Positions 23,365 through 35,125 of a stretch of DNA of 64,000 nucleotides are shown in pieces. Location: assembly GCA_024346625.1 (NCBI GenBank), contig AP024666.1, positions 930,001 through 994,000 of the forward strand, written 5' to 3'. Origin of the DNA: Williopsis jadinii (lineage: Eukaryota). Within the stretch, counting starts at the first letter, position 1. The number at the start of each line of letters is the position of its first letter. A program made the translations under genes and the position numbers. Under the pieces are notes generated by a model. It ran no database searches, was not told the origin of the DNA, and was given only the letters and a program-made list of their open reading frames with translations.

Positions 23365-26300
23365 TCAAATTCCAAACTTTGAGCGAACAAGCCCTTTCAC
23401 AAGGTCTTTCTTTGCATCGTTGATGGTCTCGTTCATACTTTGATTGGCTTTCGTTGCGTAATCATTGATTGACTCCTCCACCGTGTTGTACCCGTTTTGG
23501 ACCGTTCTGAAAACAGAGCGAGTCGGATCATACCCACCGTTGGTTCTCCCACGTACAGGCTTCGTATAGGCGAAGTCATCTTCACTGCTATTTCCACTCT
23601 TACCAGAAACAGCCTCCAATGTGACCTGTCCATTGGCAATTTCAGACTCCTTGGTCTTTGGACGAGATCTGTATTCACCGCCAATCAATCTGTCCAACTC
23701 GTCGTACGTCATTGGTTTAACACCCTTCATCCATTGAGCAGTGCCAATCTGTGGTCTATAAGGAATACGTCTTTGAGTCACTAGTTGATCCTTTGGCTGC
23801 TGTGCGAACGATTGTCCGGTTCCACATATGTTAACGAGACATGCCTGTGACCCGGATATACGAACAAGGACATCACCAGAAGGTAAAACAGAAGAATAAC
23901 GCCCAAATCTGGCATCCACGTTGAAAGGTAACTCCAAGGATTTGATTTCCCTGAGCTCAGGCAGAGATAGTACCTTGATGACTCCATTAGCGAGCAGTGT
24001 AGGAACACATGAAGCATACGGCTTTGCTGTAGACCCTTTAATTGCGACGATGGACAACGAGGCTGCCATGACAGGGTGATTGAATAACTTCTGTGATAAT
24101 TTTGCCTTTCCTGGAATGAAAATTCTCAAATCCTGAGTTGAGACAAGAAGAACTTCACCGGCAATGAGAAGTCCATCAGCTAGTTGATGAAATACATCAA
24201 AAGTTGCAATTGCAGGAGTTCCAGTCTGTTGCTTGAAAGGAACAATATCCAATATTTCACCTTGGTTAGTACGGACAACATCCACCAGTTGAGCTGAAAA
24301 TCTTCCTGAGGATTCAGGAAGAATCTTGAAAGTTAAACATTCTCCAGCATCGGTACCACCAAACAAAAGAATACTAGAATATCCATCATCGCCGTACGTC
24401 ATTATAGAAAACTCCAATGATGTGATTCTACCACTTTCAGCTGTATGTTTACGTGTGATATTGTCCTCATAAATGACAGCTGGTCCTCTTCGGTCGACAA
24501 TAATCAAGTCACCACATTCATACGCAATGGCAACAAAGCCTATGCCACTGTTCTTCAAGGCACTAATACGTCCTCGTTGACCATGAATGGCACAAATTGG
24601 TAAGAACCCATCTTTGAAGTTTGGCGTGCGGTCTCTCAAGTCAACCATGAGCTTACGCTCTCTCCCGATGGACAATGCGTTCATATTCACTTCAAGAGTT
24701 CTCATATTAGGATCAAATCTTTTGTTGACTCCAAACTTATACAAAACGACATCACCACCTTCAGTCGCAACAGCCAGTTCAGCGTTATCGCCAGCAAAGG
24801 AGATTTTCTCAACAGCAACTCCGGAAATGGTATTCAATGTTTGCGAGACATTCGCCTCAAGGACAGTAGATTCAGGCAATTCACTGTAAGATGAATCAAA
24901 GAGACGAACAGATCCGTTGACGTGGCCAGTACCCAAAGCAGAACGCATGGCGTTCACTTTCAAGTTGGTCTTTTTAGGAATACCACCTTGCAATAAATTT
25001 TCGTGCTTACTCGGTCTGGCAACCATACCTAACCACTGCTGTTTTGGAACGGCAAAGGTATCAGATACAGTTGTACGAGGATGGATCCATAACAAACTCT
25101 GTGGGAGAAGTGTGGATTTGTAATTAAGAGTACCTGAAGGCAATCTCAGATTCTCCACCTCTCCGGTATCTAAGAGCGCTAGGAGAAACCTTGGATCATG
25201 TCCGCCATCAAAGAATGGCGATCTTGTTGCAAAAGGTAAGAAGTCAATCAATGAAGACGTGTTTTGAATTGGCAAGAATCTCAATTGTTTTGGTTCTGCG
25301 TAGTATTTACCCATCTTTTCATACGATGTTAACGAGTACTTTGGTGCAACACCAAAGTGCAACACGCTGAGATTATGGATCCCTTGTCCTTCTGGAGTAT
25401 CACCTCCTGCAATGATCAAGGAAGTATCATCTGGATCAGCATGACAAACCCATTTCACCTTTAAGAACTTCTCATTTGTCGGTCCCTGTTGTGCTGACCC
25501 ACCACCCTTCTGTGTGAGATTAACGTAGGTATCAAACAGTGATCTTGCCTGCAACAACTCGCCAGTCAATGCGTCCCAAAAGACAAGCGAACCGTCCTCA
25601 TGTGCAGTGAGCACGTTCAACGAATTCGGGTGATACGTGGCCTGCAACAGCTTTGGGTATCTTATCGCAGAACCCATTTGCCCGTCGCCTCCTGGCGCGT
25701 AAGGTGGAATCTCATAAACCATTGATGTTTTGATCTCGTCAGATGCCAGAGAATATACAAGAGCACACTTATCGTATGCCACCAGCAGCGTACCAATATC
25801 CCTCGGGTTGAACTGGATCGAAACCACCTGTGATAATTTCTCCTTTGGCAGTACTCTCTTTTGCAAATTGTCCAGTTTAAACCGTGTCAGGTTCCCCCTG
25901 TCGATGTCATAGGCAACAATAGACCCGTTCTGCAAACCAAGCACCAACCAGTCCAGCGACGGATCAGTTTCAAAGGCAGTAACAACACCTGGCGGTGAGA
26001 ACGCCGACAGCTGTTGGTTTGAGTATATGGAGAACACATAGATCGTACTCTTCGCATCCAAACAGACAAGGTACACACCTTTGACGAACCTCATGTGTTT
26101 GATGGCGGTCCGCGCGGTCAGGATAACTTCAACCTGCTGCTGTCCAAAGACGTGGATAGTCCCAGCGTCTGTTGAGATCGCAAGCAGACTCTGCACCGGG
26201 TCGTATGCCATCGCAACGGCCTTGCCGCTTATACCAAACCTACCAACCTGGACGAGGTCGTTAGTCCTTCCCGCTACATCATCAACAAAGGCTCCAGACA

Positions 26301-26420
26301 CAACACACTTACATCATCAAGCGCAAAGGACTTGCCTGTGAGGCCCTGTGATAGATCAGCAGTGCCCACCGACTTTATCGCGTTGGCAACGGTGCTCTTG
26401 ATACGCTTACTCTTGAACAT
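23365..26420 (-). CDS. SRO7: Lgl/tomosyn-family WD40 exocytosis protein Sro7/Sro77; exons 26420-26313 and 26247-23365
   Basis: Spliced start MFKSKRIKSTVANAIKSVG...ALDDVGRFGISG; AYDPVQSLLA, VFGQQQVE, ETDPSLDWLVLGLQNGS, NPRDIGTLLV, YHPNSLNVLTAHEDGSLVFWD. Confidence 0.93.
26248..26312 (-). other. Intron in SRO7 (65 nt)
   Basis: GTAAGT donor, GACTAAC branch, CAG acceptor; phase 0 join in frame. Confidence 0.9.
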
Positions 26421-26553
26421 CGTAACCGCTCTGGCTCGTGGGCTCCAACAATGCTTGTGGGCTCCAGTGATGCTCGTTTATTCCTTCGTATTGTTTTGCT
26501 TTTGTTCCTTTAAACGGTCCGCGGCACAGCTCAGCGATTTGTGTGTGGGCTCT

Positions 26554-26607
26554 AATAGCGTTGCCCTAGCAATAGCGTTGCCCTAGCAATAGCGTTGCCC
26601 TAGCAAT
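26554..26607 (+). repeat. 17-bp tandem repeat AATAGCGTTGCCCTAGC x3
   Basis: Perfect copies at 26554, 26571, 26588. Confidence 0.95.
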
Positions 26608-26696
26608 GTTACATTGCCCCGGCAACGCATGGCCCCGGTTGCGTCATAGGCAGCGCCATCTACATACAAAGCTCACAGCGTATATACAACAAACAC

Positions 26697-29468
26697 TCAC
26701 TTGCTATTACACTTACAAGAACACCCAGGCACGGGGCATATCACGCTCTTTGTGAACCAGGCCTCTGCGTGGCCAGCGTGCATGCCGTGGTTGCACGTGA
26801 GGCAGAAACTGGGCCATTCCTTGAACTCGTGCATCCTGGTCTCGTCTTCCCTCTCGTACTGTGACATGTCCCTAGGCAGAGGTCTGCCTAGTGGGAGTAG
26901 ACAGATGGCACACTTTGGGAAGGCTGCACCGCAGTGGGGACAGACGGAGTGCGACTTTGTAGAGGTGTCACGGGTGCTGGGCTTCTTATTGGCGTCTGGT
27001 TTGAAGATGTTCTTATTACAGCGGACGCATTGTAGCTGTGCCTGTGAACCGATGACGCTGATGGACATCTCCCCGGTGGATCTCTTGGACACCTGTGCTC
27101 TCATCACGTCGAACTTGGCCCTTGCGGCGAACATTCCCCAGCTGTTGAGTAGTTGGCGGTAGTAGAAGACCCAGCTTTCGGCCCTCTCGTCCTTGAAATA
27201 TTTTGGTGCTCCAAAGCTGGCAATCAGAGCTGCTGTTTGTATATCGCTTGTTCGATCGACATACGATTGCATAAGATCCATACCACGAGGTGTAATACCG
27301 GTCAAGATCAGACCTTCCAATTCTCCCGTGGAGATGTACCTTGAGGCAACTTTGTTCAAGAAGCTCGTGAGTTCCTTATCAGGCAAGTATCGCAGTGCCA
27401 CACCAACACGTTCTCTCAATGGCAAGGAGGTTTCATCTAGGACTCCCCACCAATCGTTATCTGCTATGTAGGCAAAGATTGCCCTCAAATAGGGATCCTC
27501 CAACTCGTTACTCAACCCTCTGCATTGGTCCTTCCATAGATTGTCATCGTCAGATTCTCTTTGGACCAGATACCCAGATATAGCAGTGGCCATCAATCTC
27601 AATCTGTTGTTCTTTGTCGCAGAGAGGATCTGGACTGCACGTGAAACATCGCCAAAGAACACTGCCCAGGCAGCAGCCTTTGTATGGCTTCCAGAGGATG
27701 TCAGTCGGTTAAACACTTGATTCAACTCTTCCGGTGAGTAGTAAAAACCTGCAACGATAATACACAGTTTCCGTTGGGCCTCTTTATTGGTCTTGACAGC
27801 AATCATGGATTTCGTGTTTCGTGACTTCAAGATCTCCTGGATGCTCTCCTTGAAGACTTCAGGCGTAACGTTGCGTCTATTGAAACGGTCTTGATTCAGG
27901 AGTCCCTCCACGCCCTTCCAAATACCTAGCACTCCTTCGTATGATAGGTCTAATCCACCAGCAGACATGAGTTTACTCTGTGCTGTGGTCTGGGAGATAT
28001 CTAGCCATCTCCAAGTGGACCTCAAGAATAGATTGTTGTCAATGGTACTCAAATTGTCAATTATTTCAACATTCTTAGCACATCCCATCCCATATCCCAT
28101 ATATGCCCTTCTTCGCATCTTAACACTGATGTCTTTGCTGAGCACTTCACTAGCATCATAAAAGTCACCATGTTGTGAGCTACCAATTTCATCCTCTTCT
28201 TCATCCTCGTCATCCTCATCGTGCTCAAATTCGGTATCAACAAAGTTAACCTCTTCATGGCTGTTCTGTGCTACTTGTTCATCTCCCACAGTGTATGTGA
28301 TCTTCAAATCTTCGATTTTATCCATGGTGGTCTCATCAACGCTCTCTATAAAGGTGCCCAATGAACCAGTGAACGTAATATCGTTAAACGAGTTGAAATC
28401 AATCGACCTTTGAGCTTCAACAACAGACATCTTGAAAATAGATCCGGTTAATCTCATGCAGACAAGACTTATAGCATCCATTCCTCCTTCATTGGCGTAG
28501 TCAAACGAGATCACACGGTCATACCTTGTTCTAACGTCTTGAACACTTGCAACGAACAACGAATCAAGCTTCCCCTGAGGAGATACGCCAGTCTGCCATC
28601 TACGTATGAGTTCACCTCCATGAGACGTAGCAAATTCACCCCGTCTTGAAGGGTGATAGCGGAAACAAGAGTTGTTGTTATTCCTTGTAGTGTCGCCCAG
28701 TAGCTTGTTAAACGACAACAAGGGCTCAGACGATGTACTTGATAGTTTTCTTCTATCATAAATAGCCACCGTACCATCGTCTGCAAACCCTGCGAATGAG
28801 AAATGGTTAAACGGATCCGGTGTTATCCCGTGCACAGTCTTCGAAGGTATTTGGAAGGTTGGCGACGATACTCTGATATCGATATCTCTGATAATCTTGG
28901 AACTTGAGGCCAATAAGTTGGTCTCGTTGTAAAACTGCGTCGACACTATGGATTCATTGGGAACAAAGGAGAACGTTGGTTGTGTGATATCCTGGTTCGA
29001 CAACTTGGAATACTGATTAACGTTGAATATCATTACACCGTCTTCGTTCTTGGTTCTATCCCACCCCACTGCCAATAAGCCTTGGGAATTGAACGATAGA
29101 CTCTTGCAGCTCTTATTACCAACCCTTATCTCTAATGAAGACGACTGTGGAGACAGAATGTCAAACAGCGTGATAGAGCCATCGTCCTGTCCCACAGCAG
29201 TGATACCGGGTGACGTTCTCGAGTAGTCCAGTGCCGTGATCCCGTTGAACCCCTTTCTCGTGTACACTTTAGTGATGTTCTCCTGCTCTGGCCCCTATAG
29301 CGGTGTTAGTTCATTATCGATGAGACATAATATCAATATTGATACCCGTATACTCACTGGGTTGTGTATCGTCTGATGTATCGACACCTCATCTGCCAGC
29401 GCGTTGATGGTCAGAAATCTCTGCTCGTCTGACTCCTCCCATCCATACGCCCTCACGATTTTCCCCAT
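26697..29468 (-). CDS. SEA4: SEACAT/GATOR2 subunit Sea4 (MIOS); exons 29468-29358 and 29294-26697
   Basis: N-terminal WD40, DISVKMRRRAYMGY, KAAAWAVFFGDV, DPYLRAIF, LEGLILTGIT, SYVDRTSDIQTA, C-terminal RING CLTCNHGMHAGHAEAWF..CPVPGCSCKC. Confidence 0.93.
29295..29357 (-). other. Intron in SEA4 (63 nt)
   Basis: GTGAGT donor, AACTAAC branch, TAG acceptor; joins an ATG-initiated 37-codon exon in frame. Confidence 0.88.
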
Positions 29469-29729
29469 CTTCTAAGTTGCCGTTGTGCCCTCTTTGCTGG
29501 TCCTTCTAGACCTCTCTGCCACTATGCTCAGCGTCTACATCACCACCGTAAACAAAGAACTCCGAGGATGGAGAGTAGGTGGTACGCGCAACACAGTCTT
29601 CGGATGTTTCCATAAACGGAGCATTACCCAATATGGAAGTTTAGTCCGCTCTTCCCGTCCTGTGATTTCTTTTTTTCTCCCCCCCTTATTTTAGTGTGCG
29701 AAATAAGCTTTCTCAGCCCCGAGAAGGCT

Positions 29730-29792
29730 TGCGACCACTGTGATGACTGTGACCATCTTGATCGCTGCGGCCACTGTGATCAGTGCGATCAC
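29730..29792 (+). repeat. Degenerate 9-bp tandem repeat (consensus TGYGAYCAC) x7 in the SEA4/BNA2 divergent promoter
   Basis: tgcgaccac tgtgatgac tgtgaccat cttgatcgc tgcggccac tgtgatcag tgcgatcac. Confidence 0.75.
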
Positions 29793-29929
29793 GTGTTTTG
29801 AAAAAAAAAATCCCGTACAGCGCACAAAGCAGAGATAAATATTCTTTCACTTTCCTCATCATTCTTTTCTGAGGAACACACGCTCTCTCTCTTCAGTATC
29901 AACACTGCGGGTTTTGCTTGCGTTATCCC

Positions 29930-31348
29930 ATGATGATGGACCTTCCAAGGCTCGAAGACTACGAGATATCACCAAAGACCGGGTTCTTGCCCGAGAAACT
30001 GCCTCTTCAGAGACTCTCGGACCACTATTATGACCCGTGGGAGGACATTGCGAGTGTTCTACCGGCGTTGATCCTCACGAAGCGCACGAGAAAGCTCGTC
30101 GACAAGATGCCAGAGCTCTCGATTGAGCGTATCAAGGACGACAAGAGAGAGCTAAGACGTGCCTATTCGATCCTCTGTTTCATCACGCACGCCTATGTAT
30201 GGGGTGTTGACACTGCCACTGACCATTTACCAAGCCAAATCGCCAACCCATTGTTACAGGTAGCAGAGATATTGGAGATTCCACCTCTGGCAACATACGC
30301 CGGCTTGATTCTTTGGAACTACAAGCTCATTTTGCCAACAGACGCTGATGAGGAGTTGGACTTGGATAATCTAACCACGATCAACACATATACCGGGTCT
30401 ATTGATGAGAGCTGGTTCTACTTGGTGTCTGTGTACTTCGAGTACAAAGGAGCAAAGTGCATCACAAGAGGGTTGGAGGCAATGCAGGCAGCACGTGACG
30501 ATGACCACAAGAGAGTGGTGGAAGCCTTGAAGTACCTTGCCGAATCCATAGACATGCTAGGATCGGTCTTGATGCGTATGGAGGAGATGTGCGATCCACA
30601 TACATTCTACTACAGAATAAGACCGTACTTGGCTGGCTGGAAGAACATGGAAGACGCAGGCTTGCCACAGGGGTTGAGATATGGAGAAGAGGAGAAGTAC
30701 AGACTGTACGCCGGAGGCTCTAATGCCCAGTCCTCGTTGATTCAGACTTTGGACATAGTGCTAGGAGTGGAACACTTCCCAACAGGCCATAGACCTTCAA
30801 ATGAAAAGGGTGTTTCAGTGCATTCAGGAACAAACAACTTCATGAATGACATGAGACAGTACATGCCAGGTCCTCATAGACGCTTCTTGGAGCATCTTTC
30901 GTTGGTTGCCAACATTCGAAGCTATGTCCTGGAAAAGAACAACCCTGAGTTGACCTTGGCTTACGACGCATGTTTGGCAATGCTCAAGTCCTTCAGAGAT
31001 AAGCACATTCAAATCGTGACGCGTTATATCATCCTCCAGGCCAAGTTGTATAAGAAGGCAGGCTCCACTAATACATTACGCTCTGGACTTTCGAAGACAG
31101 CTGAGAACACCGAGCAGAAGGGTACTGGTGGTACCTCTCTGTTGCCATTTCTCAAGCAATGCCGTGATGAAACTGGGGATCCCGCTGCTGGTGAATGGGG
31201 TAAGAAGATTCTGGGTGAAGGTATCTTGAAGACAAGACCAAAGGGTAAGGATGTCCAAAATGATGATGGTAAAGTGGTGAAGAAAGCAAGACTTGGACTT
31301 GCAGGCGACTGGAGCAGTAACTCTGATGACAAAACAGGTCATTGGTGA
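29930..31348 (+). CDS. BNA2: Indoleamine 2,3-dioxygenase (de novo NAD synthesis); first ATG at 29930
   Basis: LEDYEISPKTGFLP, PPLATYAGLILWN, TGSIDESWFYLVS, YAGGSNAQSSLIQ, MRQYMPGPHRRFL, FRDKHIQIVTRYI, KGTGGTSLLPFLKQCRDET. Confidence 0.95.
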   Translation: MMMDLPRLEDYEISPKTGFLPEKLPLQRLSDHYYDPWEDIASVLPALILTKRTRKLVDKMPELSIERIKDDKRELRRAYSILCFITHAYVWGVDTATDHLPSQIANPLLQVAEILEIPPLATYAGLILWNYKLILPTDADEELDLDNLTTINTYTGSIDESWFYLVSVYFEYKGAKCITRGLEAMQAARDDDHKRVVEALKYLAESIDMLGSVLMRMEEMCDPHTFYYRIRPYLAGWKNMEDAGLPQGLRYGEEEKYRLYAGGSNAQSSLIQTLDIVLGVEHFPTGHRPSNEKGVSVHSGTNNFMNDMRQYMPGPHRRFLEHLSLVANIRSYVLEKNNPELTLAYDACLAMLKSFRDKHIQIVTRYIILQAKLYKKAGSTNTLRSGLSKTAENTEQKGTGGTSLLPFLKQCRDETGDPAAGEWGKKILGEGILKTRPKGKDVQNDDGKVVKKARLGLAGDWSSNSDDKTGHW

Positions 31349-31520
31349 CTCCACAGTATGCTCCAATTTTCTATATCATACACATATATAAGGATGTCAA
31401 AGAAACGACGAAGAACAAAGGCACTTGGTTTTTATAATACCGGTTAATAATTTATATACGAGGGTTTTGTCATGAGCATCAGGGCGATGATGATGTAGCA
31501 GTTACAGCTCGCCAGTGTAT

Positions 31521-33167
31521 TCACAATCCCTTTAACAGACGAGTAACATTGTCGTATCCGTGGTCGTCCTTTGCCTCTGACAGCTTCTCCTGGACCTTGG
31601 ATACAACTTGTTCCAATGGAACAATCTCACCATCGTCATCGGCGAACTGTTGACCCAATCTCTTTACTCTAACCTTGCCCTCAGCAAATTCCTCCTTACC
31701 CAGGATCACAGCTACGCTAGCACCAGACTTGTCAGCTGCATCGAACTGCTTTCTTGGATTCACCTTGGCCTTGTAGACGTATTCAGATTCGATACCAACA
31801 TTCCACAGTTGTTTGGCAATACGCATACGCTCTGGCAACAAACCTTTCCAGTCTGGACCACCACCAAAGGCCATGACAAACACTTGCGTGGCAGTTGGCT
31901 TGATGGACTCCTCGGTCTTTGCAGCCTCACGTGCTTTGATCAAGGAGAAGATTCTCTCAACACCAAAGGAGACACCAACACATGGAATGGAAACATTCTT
32001 CTTACCAGTGGCAGTAGCGAACATGTTCACAAGGTTATCATAACGGCCACCAGCAGCGATGGAGCCAACACCCACGTACTCAGATGCGTCCTCATCCTCC
32101 TTACCTTGTTTCTTCTTCTTCAACTCAGCAGCGTTCTCAGGTGGAGCACTAGCAGCAGTGACACATTCGTAGATCAAGCCGGTGTAGTAATCAAGACCTC
32201 TTGCCAGTGACAGGTCGAACGACACCTTATCGGTGATGTCAAAGGCATCCAGATACGTTAGCAGGATCTCCATATCTTCCAAGCCTTGTGCTGCAAACTC
32301 ATTAGACGTGAGTTCCTCCTTCTGTTTCAACACTTCGAGAACCTCAGCCAAAGAACCGTTGAGCTTGACGTACTCACCAATTCTATCAGCAGTCTCCTCT
32401 GTTTGGCCCTTCTCTACAACCATCTCCTTCTTGACGGCGTCCCATGGCGACTTGTCCAACTTGTCAACCGCAGAGGAGATCTTTCTAACGTCCTCATCCT
32501 TAACACCGCACACTTTGAAGATACCATCGAGGATCTTTCTGTGGTTGATCTTGATCTTGAAGTCGTTGATACCCAATCCTTGCAAGCCTTCAACCAAGAT
32601 GGACAACGCCTCGGAATCTGGAACCATACGGTCATAGACACCAGCAACGTCAAAGTCGCACTGGTAGAACTCCCTCATACGGCCTTTGGTCATTGCTGGC
32701 TGGTCACGTCTGTACACCTTCGCAATGTGATAACGCTTGATGTTCTGGATGTTGTTCATGGCAACATAGCGGGCAAATGGCACCGTCAGGTCGTATCTCA
32801 AGGAGCACAGCTCTCCACCCTGGTCCTCCAAGTTGTAGATCAGCTTGGAGTCCTCACCGTACTTACCAGCAAGGATCTCACGCAACTCAAACACAGGCGT
32901 GTCAATAGTGACACCACCGTGTCTCTTGAACAGCGACGACAACGAGTTGAAAATGGCCTCACGGATCACCATGTCCTTATCAGCCCAGTCCTTCGTGCCC
33001 TTTGGCACCTTCAACTGGAACTGCAACTTGGCCTCCTTCTTAGAAGCCTTCGCACTGGAAACATCGCCTCTCTGTTGCTTCTCGGAACTCTCAACGGTCT
33101 TCGATGACATTGCTACACTTCGTATACCTCTAATACTTTTCCCTAAACCGCACAGAGGCCTGAGCAT
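31521..33167 (-). CDS. HTS1: Histidyl-tRNA synthetase; upstream ATG 33167 (mitochondrial presequence) and downstream ATG 33110 (cytosolic form)
   Basis: [63 protein letters not shown]; 19-residue basic leader [19 protein letters not shown]. Confidence 0.97.
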   Translation of the reverse strand: MLRPLCGLGKSIRGIRSVAMSSKTVESSEKQQRGDVSSAKASKKEAKLQFQLKVPKGTKDWADKDMVIREAIFNSLSSLFKRHGGVTIDTPVFELREILAGKYGEDSKLIYNLEDQGGELCSLRYDLTVPFARYVAMNNIQNIKRYHIAKVYRRDQPAMTKGRMREFYQCDFDVAGVYDRMVPDSEALSILVEGLQGLGINDFKIKINHRKILDGIFKVCGVKDEDVRKISSAVDKLDKSPWDAVKKEMVVEKGQTEETADRIGEYVKLNGSLAEVLEVLKQKEELTSNEFAAQGLEDMEILLTYLDAFDITDKVSFDLSLARGLDYYTGLIYECVTAASAPPENAAELKKKKQGKEDEDASEYVGVGSIAAGGRYDNLVNMFATATGKKNVSIPCVGVSFGVERIFSLIKAREAAKTEESIKPTATQVFVMAFGGGPDWKGLLPERMRIAKQLWNVGIESEYVYKAKVNPRKQFDAADKSGASVAVILGKEEFAEGKVRVKRLGQQFADDDGEIVPLEQVVSKVQEKLSEAKDDHGYDNVTRLLKGL

Positions 33168-33448
33168 ATGACTCTTACGTCCAATTTTGAAAACTTTTCT
33201 TGCAACGACGAGAAAAATTCGGTGATGCCTTTTTCTTCCTCTGGGTACACGGTGCATGTTGCCCGGGCGACCGTGAATCACTTCAAAATGGCTCTCTACA
33301 GCTACTTTTAATATACAAACAGAAATCGATCTATTGTGGGATAGTTGTGGATGGTTGGAGCGTCAGGTTGGAGCGACAGGGAGTCGGTGAGTGTCAAGCG
33401 GTGGCAGAGCGCACGGTGGTGGACGGTCAATTGAGCATCGCTCGAGCA

Positions 33449-34594
33449 TCACTTGAACTTCTCGGAGACGATCTCTGGCCCACGCTCTAGGAACTCATCT
33501 CTGGCGATGTAGGCAGCCTCGAAGGCGTTCATGTTGGCCAGAGTGCTTGCACCGAGCCAGACTGCACTGCTTCTCTCGAACACGTTCGGGTTGGAGTAGC
33601 TCTGGATGTTGTACTGTGGGAGGAATCTTGCGAGATCCGACAGCAGCCTCTGCTCAAGACCAGGGATTAGAGAAGTACCACCAGTGATGACAACGTTGGT
33701 CAGGAGCGCAAAATATGTTTCGTTGGACACCTCCAGCTTCTTCAGAGACGAGAGAATCAGCTCTGTGAGTCCCAGCGCATCCTGTGGGATCTCCACTCCT
33801 CCCGGCTTGTAGTTCTGTGGGATGAATAAGGGCTCACACAACAACACCTGTTCCTTGCCGACTTGGATTCTCTCGCCTGGTGACAGCTCATACGTCTTTG
33901 GAGAGATGTTGAACTCCGTCTGCGAGCTGACGATCGGATAAGGAGACACGGAGAGCGTGGTCTCTTTAAAATCGTTCAGCACTTGTGAAGTCTTCCATCT
34001 TTTGTACGACTCCGAGCCCTTGAACTGGTCCTCAAGCGCAGGAGCCGTGCTCTCGTGCTGGAGATAGTTACGGACGTGTAGGTTTAACCACTCGCCGGCA
34101 AATCTTGTGTGTATGGCACCCTTGTACAGAACAGTACCTTCAACCACGGGGGTAACAGACGTCGTGGCAGCTCCGATATCAACAACGAGGGACGTGGAGC
34201 GGCCAACACCGTATGTCACTGCCAATGGCGTCTTAACAATGGCAAAGACAGGCACGCCGAGCTTCTCAAAGGCCAGTTCACAGAGCTTTGTTCTGTTACG
34301 CTTGTTGTTCCAGATCTCCTCCGTGATGACAAGGGGCAGCTCACTGGGATCCACTTTCAGCTTGGAGTACACGTAGCGCCAGTTTGCCTCCAATGCCTCC
34401 CAGTTATACACCAGTCCATCGTTCAGTATCGTGAGAAGCTCACTATTGGGATCGTGTGTCTCAACGGCTATGTCACCGTTGGCATCCTTTGAGTACAACG
34501 ACGAGAACACGAGCTGTGGCAATTGGTCGTTTGAGAACCCTGCACGGGTCTCGTAGGACCCGTTTTCGATCACCACCGATGTAATTGCTGTCAT
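33449..34594 (-). CDS. ARP7: Actin-related protein Arp7 (SWI/SNF and RSC); true start ATG at 34594
   Basis: VVIENGSYETRAGFSNDQLPQ, YNWEALEANWRY, LKVDPSELPLVIT, ELAFEKLGVPVF, VVDIGA; adjacent to HTS1 as in YPR033C/YPR034W. Confidence 0.88.
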   Translation of the reverse strand: MTAITSVVIENGSYETRAGFSNDQLPQLVFSSLYSKDANGDIAVETHDPNSELLTILNDGLVYNWEALEANWRYVYSKLKVDPSELPLVITEEIWNNKRNRTKLCELAFEKLGVPVFAIVKTPLAVTYGVGRSTSLVVDIGAATTSVTPVVEGTVLYKGAIHTRFAGEWLNLHVRNYLQHESTAPALEDQFKGSESYKRWKTSQVLNDFKETTLSVSPYPIVSSQTEFNISPKTYELSPGERIQVGKEQVLLCEPLFIPQNYKPGGVEIPQDALGLTELILSSLKKLEVSNETYFALLTNVVITGGTSLIPGLEQRLLSDLARFLPQYNIQSYSNPNVFERSSAVWLGASTLANMNAFEAAYIARDEFLERGPEIVSEKFK

Positions 34595-34671
34595 TAGCGA
34601 TGTTTGGCTGTGTGCTTGTTGTTGTTGTTTACGTTTGTTTACGCCGACGGCAAAAATTTCATCCCCGTCCA

Positions 34672-34690
34672 CAACATCAACATCAACATC

Positions 34691-34777
<87 letters not shown>
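34672..34777 (+). repeat. (AAC)29 microsatellite preceded by AACATC units
   Basis: Pure AAC run 34691-34777. Confidence 0.98.
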
Positions 34778-34778
<1 letters not shown>

Positions 34779-34798
34779 GCAAGCACGGCCAACACGCC

Positions 34799-35125
34799 AT
34801 GCCCGACATCAAGGAGTACGAGCAGCTGAAGAAGCAGCTCCAGCAGGCGATCCTGAAGAAGAAGCAGCTCGATCAGCGGATCACTCTCATCGAAGAAGAC
34901 ATCTTCCAGAAGGAGTCTGCGTACCTCGCACAGTCCAACGGGTCCATCGTCCGCGGCTTTGAGAACCTGAAACAGCAGAAGAAGAGACCGTTGTTCACGG
35001 ACGATGACCGTGTGTTCTCTCTGAGCTCGTACACGTTCGTAAGACACCTGCAAAAGCAAGACGATGACGATAGCGTAGAGAACACGCCCTCCACCGGCAC
35101 GAAGAAGAGGAAACGGGAGCCATGA
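34799..35125 (+). CDS. EAF6: NuA4/NuA3 subunit Eaf6
   Basis: MPDIKEYEQLKKQL...IEEDIFQKESAYL..NGSIVRGFEN...DDDRVFSLSSYTF. Confidence 0.9.
   Translation: MPDIKEYEQLKKQLQQAILKKKQLDQRITLIEEDIFQKESAYLAQSNGSIVRGFENLKQQKKRPLFTDDDRVFSLSSYTFVRHLQKQDDDDSVENTPSTGTKKRKREP

Noticed and set aside
31608..33107. Long antisense ORFs over HTS1 (similar ones over CDC48, LYS12, PIL1, RPL11, SFT2)
   Set aside because: Typical shadows of strongly codon-biased genes; no recognisable domains.
34595..35059. 155-codon N-terminal extension of ARP7 with poly-Val, and poly-Gln/poly-Thr ORFs over the CAA tract
   Set aside because: Non-ATG starts; open only because the triplet repeat lacks stops and the rest is antisense to EAF6; Arp7 homology begins at 34594.
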